Part shown: in pieces, positions 12,668 through 38,600 of the stretch
How the letters are laid out: each line of letters starts with the position of its first letter
Position numbering within the stretch: position 1 is the first letter of the stretch
From: Gracilinanus agilis
Taxonomy: Eukaryota
Direction: 5' to 3'
NCBI RefSeq assembly: GCF_016433145.1
Contig: NC_058130.1
Span: 166,134,698-166,198,697 of the forward strand
Length of the DNA: 64,000 nucleotides
Position numbers and translations under genes: made by a program
Notes under the pieces: model-generated
Database searches by the model: none
Told to the model about the DNA's origin: nothing
Seen by the model: the letters and a program-made list of their open reading frames with translations, nothing else

Positions 12668-12855
12668 GGGGGCAGCTGGGTAGCTCAGTGGAGTGAGAGT
12701 CAGGCCTAGAGACAGGAGGTCCTAGGTTCAAACCCAGCCTCAGACACTTCCCAGCTGTGTGACCCTGGGCAAGTCACTTGACCCCCATTGCCTACCCTTA
12801 CCACTCTTCCACCTATGAGACAATACACCGAAGTACAAGGGTTAAAAAAAAAAAG
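12668..12855 (+). mobile_element. Young SINE1_Mdo-like SINE
   Basis: Exact TSD aaaaaagccagag. Confidence 0.93.
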
Positions 12856-14884
12856 CCAGAGAAGGGAGCCAGGACTAGAGTGGTAGCTGTAGGAGTGAAA
12901 AGGAGGAGACATAAAACATAAAAAGATGTAACTTCAACAGAATCAACAAAACTTGGCAAATAACTGGAAGGGGATGTGGGGGTGGACACAAATGGTCAAA
13001 AAGCATATGAACATAAAGTTCTCAAAGATTTTAATCTTGAACAAATCACTAATAAGAGGTATGTAATTCAAAACTAAGGTTTCGATTGCATGTCAGAGGA
13101 CAAAAGATTGGAATTCAACACTGGAGTGGTTGTAGAAAGACAGGCACATTAATGCATTTTTTAAACCCTTACCTTCTGCCTTAGTATCAGTTCTAAGAAG
13201 AGTAGTAAGGACTAGAAATCAAGTTAAGGGACTCACCCACGAACATGCAGCTAGGAAATATCTGAGGCCAAATTTAAACCAAGGTCCTTCCAATTCCAGG
13301 CCTAGTGCTATACTACTTAGATGTCCCTATACTAATGCATTTTTGATAGAGCTATGAATTAAGATAACTATTTTGTAAAGCAGTTTGCAATTATATGAAA
13401 ATGATGTCTGACCCTGAGATTCTGGTCAATAAAAGCAAAGTACTTATACAAGCACTTTTTGTGCTAGTAATGTAGACACCCATCGACTGGGAAATGGCTA
13501 AACACACTGTGGTACATGAACTATTACTATTCTGTAAACACTGATAAATATGATAAATAAAGAAGTCTGGAAAGAACTTAAAGCAAGTAGGATGCAGGAG
13601 AATAATATACAATTGCTGCAATAATATAAAATGAAAACAAGAAAATAATTAAAACATTCAAAATTGTAATGACTAAACTTGGTCCCAAAGAAGAGATGAG
13701 AGAATCCTCCTTTTTGTGGAGGTGTGAGGAGCATGAGTATGGAACATTCCCTATGATGTCAGACCTTTTTCAATGTTGGTTGCTGAACTATTTTAAAATG
13801 AGAACAGAGAGCCCTTTGGGAAGAGGTGCAACAGGGATGCAGGGGAAAGTGAGGTAAAAATTAAAGATCTCAAATACGACTTTTTTTCTTAAAAGAGATG
13901 AGGGAGGGGTAGAGCAAAAAATAATTCAAAGTTTTTTGTAGCTGGGTTAACTGGGAAGATAGAAAAAGGGGGAGTTAGGAATTGGGAAAGATTTTAAAGA
14001 GGAAAGGAGTTTGTCTTTAAGACTAGTTTGGGATTCCAATAGGCCTTTGAGAATGCAGGTGCTTAAGGCTAAAAAGCTTAGTATAAATGGTTATTTGATT
14101 AACTGCTTTTGAGTTGAAGTCATCTGCAAAGGCATGACTGATGCCAAAATAAATGAGTAATAGGAGTGCCATCTCTCCTACCCCTAGAATATAACTTGCT
14201 ATCAAGGATTTATTTTTCATAATCACTGTCCCCCACTGGAGTTCAAAGGCTAACATAGGTCCTATTCAACTTTCTACTAGCAGGTTCTAAAGCTCCTTTT
14301 CTTGTCAACACCCTATAGCACCAAGGGTTGTTACCCAAGAATCATAGGTACCTTTATCCATTTATATCTCTTCCAGTTAAAAGTAGGAGACAGCAGATTA
14401 AGAAAATACCAGGGCTAAAAACGCACATCTAGTCCCATTGGGGAAAAACCTTCATTGGCATTTATCCAATGCCAAAACTTCATTCTAAGATAAAAGAATT
14501 GAACCAATCAATCACCTTCCCTAGGGACAAAAAAGACAGCACATTCTTCTAGAAAAGATTTAAATCAATCTGAGATTATTCATCTGCAAGATGAGCTCAT
14601 CGTCCATTTTACACTACTTACCTCAGTTTTTCGAGGAAAGCATGTTAACTATGAAAAAGCACACAAATGAATCACTGTGCTTTGAGGCAGTGGGGAAGTG
14701 GGGGAGGTGGGCAGCTTGAGTCAAGGAAATCTGGGTTTTGCTGTATCCCCTTCAAGGCACATACTGGCCATAAGCCCCTCTATACCAAGTTACTTAGCTT
14801 CTCAATGTCTTGGCATTGGAAGGTTCTCCAAGTTTGTAACTTCCATTGGTAAAGAAGTTTCCTCACTGCAAGATCCTTACTTAT

Positions 14885-15090
14885 ATCGGTGGCTCTAAAG
14901 TTTTCTGGTCTCAAGACCCTTTTACATTTTCAAAAATTAGTTAAGTTGCCTCCCAAAGACTTTTTACACAAGTTATATCTATTAATATTTGTCATATTAG
15001 AAATTAAAATCTTATGAAAATTTCTGACTTTTCAAAACCCCCTACAAGACTCTTGGAGATCCCAGACCAAACTTTTGAGAAAGACTGCCT
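14885..15090. mobile_element. Old Charlie-like hAT element
   Basis: tggtctcaagaccctttaca...ttttgagaaagactg; resembles the reverse complement of 28562-28770. Confidence 0.55.
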
Positions 15091-15899
15091 TATATCAGTG
15101 AAATAAATGATCCTTCTGGACAATAGTGAAATTGCCTTAGCTACCAGGACTACCTTCAGGTAAAATAAAATTGCCTGAGCTTACCAGCTTTGGGAAAAAT
15201 AAATCTGACACAATCTTCCCTAGCAGGGATTCATGGGATTGACATTTTTCTAAGTTCTCTGATCTAGTCTCTTTCCTCAATTCAAGGCAGGCCTAGAGCA
15301 AGACAACTTGTCTTTTTCAGCCTTCATATAGTCAAGGCCCTGGAGGTTCCAGGCATTCAATAGACCAGAACTGGACTTAAAAATAGAAACAGAAGCCAGG
15401 ACAACAGGGAGAGGGAGAGTCTTAACAGTGAAGGACACACCAACAAACCTAGTGCTTTGCCTTGGTCTCATAATAACAACTTGCCTCAAATTTCTCCTTT
15501 TGCAACTGTTAAATTTTCTAAGCTCACCCTGAGTTCCTGATTAGCTAGGGAGGAAAGGAGAAAAACAAAAAACAAACGAACGAACAAAAAAAAAAAAAAA
15601 AGACTGCCTTGGTCCCTAAAAATGTGGTTCATCCCCACTACCCAGGTTTATTCTCTCAACAGTGGATCTATGGTCAGAAAAAGAGAGGACCATTACTTCA
15701 AAACCAGCTCTTTACAGATCAGACTGGGAGGAAAGATGGCAGAATTAGTTATGGTTGTCCCTCCACCCCCAGCCAAGAGGAGTCCTAACTCCTAGCCAAG
15801 GAATGAGAAAGGCACTGCCTTGGCACCCTCCCTCCCTGCATGTATAGGTCAAGGATGATATCAGAAAGAGGGAAAAGAAGGAGGAGCAGGGGCCAGGAC

Positions 15900-16464
15900 T
15901 CAGGCTCTGTTTTGACCCAACGTTTATTGTCCGTTTACAACATGTTTTTGGTTTAGAAACTGCTTGTGATTAGTTAATTTATTTTCCAACATTAACTCAA
16001 AAGCATGTAAAATAAAATGAACCTACTCACTATGTAAACACCCGGCTGTGGCCCCTTGTCCTGGTGTGGGCGGGGAAAGAAGGGACAGCATGGGCAGCAT
16101 GGAGTGAAGTTCAGGCGCTTTTATTACTGCTCGGGGCTGGACGCTGGCTCCCTTGCTCACGCCCCACACAGGCCACCCGCCCGCTGTACCCCCCCAAACT
16201 ACAACAGAAATGGCGCAGGCTCAAGGCCCCGATTCCCTGTTGGTAATTCACTCTCCGCCTCCCAAATGAAAATCGCTTTTATTTTATCGCTTTTGTTTTG
16301 TATTTTTTGCAACAGAAACCCCCTGTCCAGAGTCTGACTGCAGCTTAACTGTTCGGACTGAGGAATGGAGCAGGCCCCGGGTACCCCGGTCCCTTTCAGG
16401 CAAGTGCCTCCCTCCCCTGGGGACCGAGGCCTGGCCAGCTTGCTCCGTGGCCAGCCGCTGCCGC
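15900..16464 (-). other. VCP: VCP 3' UTR with tandem poly(A) signals
   Basis: Minus-strand AATAAA at 16278-16283, 16120-16125, 15978-15983 and 15923-15928; the 3' end position is approximate. Confidence 0.8.
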
Positions 16465-32973
<16,509 letters not shown>

Positions 32974-34031
32974 GGCGCGCGCCTGTCTCCCGGCCGGAGG
33001 CGCGCGGGTAACGGCTACGAGGGGCTGGCGGCGGGCGGCTGGGCCCGGCGGGGCTCGGCTCTCCCAGGCGGACGGTGGCGGTTCCTCCGGGGGGGGGGGT
33101 TCCCTCTCGCTCTTCCCACGGAGGCGACGGTGGGGAGGGCGGGCGGCTCGGGCTCCGGTTTGGGGAGAAGGAAGCGCTGGCGACTCAGGCGGCGGCTGCG
33201 GGCGCTTCAGGGAGACTGAGCCGAGAAGAGCCGAATCATCGGAAGGGGAGAAGCACGCGGCACAGCCAATCGGAGCCCGCGCTGCCGGCCCCCTTCCTCC
33301 CCTCCGTTCCTCTCCCCGGCAACCCGCTTTGCTGGACCAATCAGAAAATTCATTTGTAGATCCGTGCCCGCCCCTAAGGTGAAACACGCCTGGTAACGCA
33401 ACGATCATTGGCTACGGCATTACGCTTCCTCGACGGACCAAGAAGCGCAGCCAATCATTAGGAAGGATTTCGTCAGATGGACAGGAGAGAGGAGGGAACT
33501 CCCTTTCTCTGAAGTGGACTCTCCCACTTGGCCCCAGTTCATTGGCTCCGAGGGTTAGCGCTCCAGGGCTCCCCAGCCATCACTAAAACAATGGCCTGGG
33601 TCCTCTTCCTTCCCCTAATCCTGTCATCCACCTCATATTTTAGTTAATCTTGTCACCCATCCTAACCCCCATCCACTTCCCAGGCATCTACAAATCCTAA
33701 TGCTAAACGCCTTCTCTTCTCTAGCAAAATTCCCAATCACCCTCTGACCCTGTCCCCTAATCCTCAATCCTATCATTTCAATCCGATTTTTGTCCAAAAA
33801 CTTGTCACTCCAGGCCTTACACTGATCTCATTGCTATAGGTTGCCAACCAGAAGCCCACGTATTCTTTAACCCTTACGTTACTGAAATCCTGCTCTGTCC
33901 CCGAGTTCCTTGGTCTCTTTGACCTGCTACCTTGACCTCATGCAGTGTTGCACTTTCTATGGCTTTAATAGGTCAACGTCCCCTTTATCCCCCAACCTAA
34001 TAATTTCTCATGGGAGAGAACAATATCCAAA

Positions 34032-34100
34032 GACTACATAACCCAGCATACATTGCATGCCTATAACCATTCTGAATAGTGCATGCTGGGACTTGTAGTT
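34032..34100. promoter_or_regulatory. Inverted pair of ZNF143/THAP11 (ACTACAnnnCCCAGCAT) motifs
   Basis: + strand gACTACATAACCCAGCATA at 34032-34050; - strand AACTACAAGTCCCAGCATGCAC at 34079-34100. Confidence 0.75.
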
Positions 34101-34829
34101 CTTGGCCTTGGGACTGCCTCCACCTTTGAACCTAGGGCCTGACCCCTTACTTCTGTCCTAAGAGAGATGAGGTATCCTTTCCAAAGTACTGCCTCTCTCC
34201 CAGGATTTCAACCCCTGAATTTTCTACTCTTTCCTGACATGCCTGCTTCCCTCTCATTCATAGTTCCTCTTTCATCTATTCTCCCAGGAAATCACTGATT
34301 GACCCCTGCTTTCAGTTCTAGCCTGGATTTGGCCTAGACCTGATAGCTGTAGCTTCTGATTATAAGAAAATGTGGTATAATAGAAGGGTGCTAGATTTGA
34401 AGTCTTGAGGATGCAGGTTCAGATTTTTACCATGTGGTCTCAGGGAAGTCCCACATTCTCAGAGGATCGATTTCTTCATCAGTAAAGGGGATGATAATAC
34501 ACTAACTCACAAGATTGTAAGGAAAGTGCTTTGCAAACCACTAAGTATTATGTGGATGTAAACTACTATTGGTCACTGGGTTTTCTTCTACTCTGCATTT
34601 TTATTGCCTTCTCCATTAGACTGGTAGTTTCTTTAGGGTAGGGACCACATCTCTTTTTTATAGATTGCTCTGGGGTCTAATCCAAGATCTTAAGACAAGA
34701 GATAGGTTTAAAAAAAAAAAAAAGGCCAGAGAGGCATAAAAACAAACCTGTCTTTTTTCTGATACTGTCTCCACAAAAGATTGGAAAGCCCATCACAAAT
34801 CATGATAGACCTTTCAGGTCACTGAATCT

Positions 34830-35037
34830 CCCTCAGGAAAGCCCAAATTCCTATCCTGTATATAGTCAATTTATTCTGGATATAGCTTGTTGGCACTTAA
34901 TTGTTTGTATGTTTGTATGTTGTTTTACCCATAACCCTCCTTGAGAGTAGGAATTGTCTTTTACTTTTCTTTGTATCCTCAGCACTTAGCACCAGGCATA
35001 TACTTATTCACTGAATGTTTCTTTATTGAATGACTGA
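34830..35037 (+). mobile_element. L2 3' tail
   Basis: ctccttgagagtagg...ttgtatcctcagcacttagcac...ttattgaatgactga. Confidence 0.7.
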
Positions 35038-35516
35038 TCACCACCAAAACAAATGCTAAGGGGTGTTTTTCTCAAGAGCTAAGTGAAGGAAGAAATCAGG
35101 TAAGGACAGGAATCTTCACTTCCAAGAGTGAATCACATTGAGTGTAGGGGACTATTCTCCCAATGTCACTAGAATGTATCAGATAAAGGGATGTAGTCAG
35201 AGACCAGCACTTCCAGCACAAGATAAATAGCACAGGCAGACAGACCAATGGAAGATTTTACTGGAAAAAAAGAATGGGCTAATAGGTGCCAAAAAAATAC
35301 ACTAATAGGGAGACTGTCAACTGAATAGATGGGAAAGAGACAGAGCAATTCCTGATTATTCCTATACTTCCCTCTACTTTTGAGTGAAGAAGAAATAACC
35401 CATGGCTTTCCCCAGCATTAATGAAGTCCCCACTCTAGGCTTAGCCACTCTCCTGGGCTGAATTAGGAGAGAGGCCAAACAAAGAAGATCCCTGTGAAGT
35501 CAGGATCGAATGTCCA

Positions 35517-35625
35517 CTAAGGGCAAGTAGACCTCTGCAGTGATTTCCGAAGCTCTTGCAAGAGAGACTCCTGCTCACTGATGGGAATCCGGTTCACATA
35601 GGACTCTAAGTATAGGGGAAGAAGA
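35517..35625 (-). CDS. FANCG: FANCG exon 14 coding part
   Basis: 109 nt, [35 protein letters not shown] (TAG). Confidence 0.92.
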
Positions 35626-38600
35626 CTGGAGAGAAAGAGAGAAATATAAGGGAGAAACAAAAACAAAAGGGTCCCCTCTCAGCCCACCCTCACCAGCCCA
35701 CCTCCTGGCCTTCAGTCTTACCCCTCAGAGTTATCCTGGCATTGGTCAGCCTCAGCTTCTAGCCTCTGACAAATTGCAGTGGCCTCTTCCCTCCGCTCTA
35801 GCCTCCAAAGGATGTGCAGCAGATGTAAGGAAGCTCTCCGGTCACCTGTATCACCCATTGGGGTCCCCCACCCCAATTTTCATTAGCTTTAAAGGGTCCT
35901 CACAGGTGACTTCCCCTGTTACATACCAGAGAACCCTTCAGAAGTCTATCAGCCTGCCCACAACAGATGGTATAAGGGCTCACTAGTCCTATACTCAAGC
36001 TGACAAAAAAGAAACATCCCCACACACATACATGAGATCAAACCTGCAATGCACATGTAGGCATAGTCCATGACCCCTGCACACATGAATATACATTACA
36101 TATGCCAGCATACTGATATATGCATAAATTTCTCAATGCGGCATTAAGAACATGCCTCCAACGTACCAATAGGACATCTTCATACCATCCATCCATACCT
36201 GGGCAAAGCTGCACACCAAGGAGGAAATCCTGTAGAGCCCGGGCATCTCGGCCTTCTGCTACCCACTCCAGCCCCCGGCTAATTAACGCCACCACTTTCA
36301 GCTTCTGAAGAACTCTTATAGGTGGGCAGATCTTTGAAGGAAGCTCATCTTCAGCACTAGAGATAATAACATCTAGCCCCCCCCCCAAAACTAAATTAGC
36401 CACTTGCCTCCTAGCCAGATGCTCCCAGGGGAGCCCAGCATCCATCCCTGCCTCTCTAGAGTCCATGCTCATCAACGTCTCTCCTAGGAAAGCCTTTTTC
36501 CAGGACACCCCATCCAGCCCCATAATAGGAATGGAAGTGCCCTTGGAGGGGACTCAGAGGGGGTGGGAAAGGAGGCAAGACCCAGAAGCTGGCTCTCACC
36601 TCTACTCAAACCCTGGTCTACATCTCTGTCTGCACCTTTATCCACAACTCTGGCCACAGGCTGTACCCGGAAGAGTAACTCAAGGCACCTAGAAATGAGG
36701 AGATGATGTGTGTGTCTAACTAAGGCAGAGATTCTTAACCTGTTTTGTGTCATGGACCCCTGTGAAAGGCCAGCAAAGACTGGGGAATCTCAGAATAATT
36801 TTCTTTTGAACCTTCTGCTTAGAATCAATACTGTGTATTGGTTCCAAGGCAGAAGAACAGTAAGGGTTAAGCAAGGGGGTGGGGGGCTAAGGGGGGAGGG
36901 TTAAGTGACTTGCCCAGAGTCACAAAGCTAGGAAGTGTCTGAGGCCAGATTTGAACCCTCTAGGCTTGGCTCTCAAGCCACTGAGCCACCTCATTGCCCC
37001 CAGAATAATGTTTTTAATTGAAGGAAATGCTCATTTTCAATGAGAGGCTATTTCAATGAAAATAAAGATGTGGGTTTTTTCTCCACTCAAATTTATAGAT
37101 CCCCCAAAATCAGTGAACATGGGTTCAGAACCCCTGCTCTAAGAAGTAGACAACACATGGGGTATAGCCCTCTACCCAGAGTCCCAAGAATCCCATGTTA
37201 GTCAAGTCACTCCCCCTCCACCATCTAATGTATTCTCCCCCTCACCTGCTAAACTCCTCCAGTGCTTCCCTCCGGGCCCCCAGGCCAGAATGGGCCTGCC
37301 CTTGAAGCAGGTGGGCAGCTGAGGCCCACAATAGGTAGAACAGAGGCTCTGAGGGGTCGTCTGGGAGAGGGGAGACAGGGGATAGAGAAGGCCAGAGGCT
37401 AGGTTCCCCCTGACCCAGCCACAGTTTCTGAGGGACCAAAAGCGATATCCGGCTGAGCAGCTCTTCACACACAGTCAGTGAATCTTGGAATCTGGCCACA
37501 AGAATCAGCGCTGTTGCTGTCTCCAAGAAGATGTCCGGTACGCGAGAGGCTGGAGAACCACCAGGCAGAGTCACAGAACACTTCATGCCCTGAAGAGATA
37601 CCCACCACCACCTGCCATCATCCACATCCTCTCTCCTCTCACACAGGCCTTGTAGCCCCTGAGGAATGAGGGTCTGGAGAGCAATTGCTCCCTTTGGGAC
37701 CTTTGATGGATCCGTCCTTCTAAGTTCTACTCACTACTCCAGGAAGTTTTCCCAGACTTCAAGAAGGGATTGCTTAATTCATTGTAGTGCTTAGCACATC
37801 CAGTATTTAGCATAGGGCTGGCACATAATAGCTGCTTAAAAAAATTTTTTAACCCTTACTTTCTTAGTATCAATTCTCTAAGACAGAAGGGCAAAGGCTA
37901 GACAAACAGGGTTAAGTGACTTACTCAAGATCACACAGCTAGAAAGTGTCTGAGGCAAGACTTGAACTCAGGTCCTCCTGACTCAGGGAGGAGTCCACTG
38001 TGTCCTGTGGCTACTGTGCTACTTAGCTATCCCTTAATAAATATTTATTGATTATTTGTATCCCCAGACCCCAGCATACTGCAATGCACATAGCAGACTA
38101 GCTGGTGGGTAGGTCATGCAAACCTCAAGAGAGGAAGACGGAGCAATCCTGCTATGATTCAGATTGAAAACCAGCATATAGCCCACCTCCATCCCTTCCC
38201 AACCCTGCCCACCACACACACCTGTAACACGGATCCATCCAGCAGCAGGGCCAGCAGGTCAAGGTATTGTTCCACAGCTTCCTCTCCCCTAAGGATCCAA
38301 AACACAGATGACCTTCTCCCCAACTCCTTCCCTCCCACTGCGCCCCTTCCCAGGCAAAAATTCTAATGACAATGTCCCAGTGACTACTATGATCCCAAAT
38401 ATGGATTTTTCAGGACTATGACTTCCCTTCTTTCTTCCCCAAATACCATTTCTGAGTCACTGCCCTATACTGGGGAAAGGGTTGTTCACTTTTTGTTTCT
38501 TGGCATTTAATTGTTCAATAGTTGGCAAGAGAAGCAAAATGAGGGGAGTGGGGAGAAAAGGGAAGGAAACAAGCAGTTTTTAAGTGCCTTCTATGTGCCA

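Noticed and set aside
12668-12760. tRNA-like A/B box sequences (gtagctcagtgg...ggttcaaaccc), repeated many times in the window
   Set aside because: SINE heads followed by CORE/SINE body and poly(A), not tRNA genes.
36038-36523. 161-aa ORF suggesting a much larger FANCG exon 12
   Set aside because: Only the central part resembles FANCG; the flanks include a poly-G run and sequence beyond a clear GTATGG donor.
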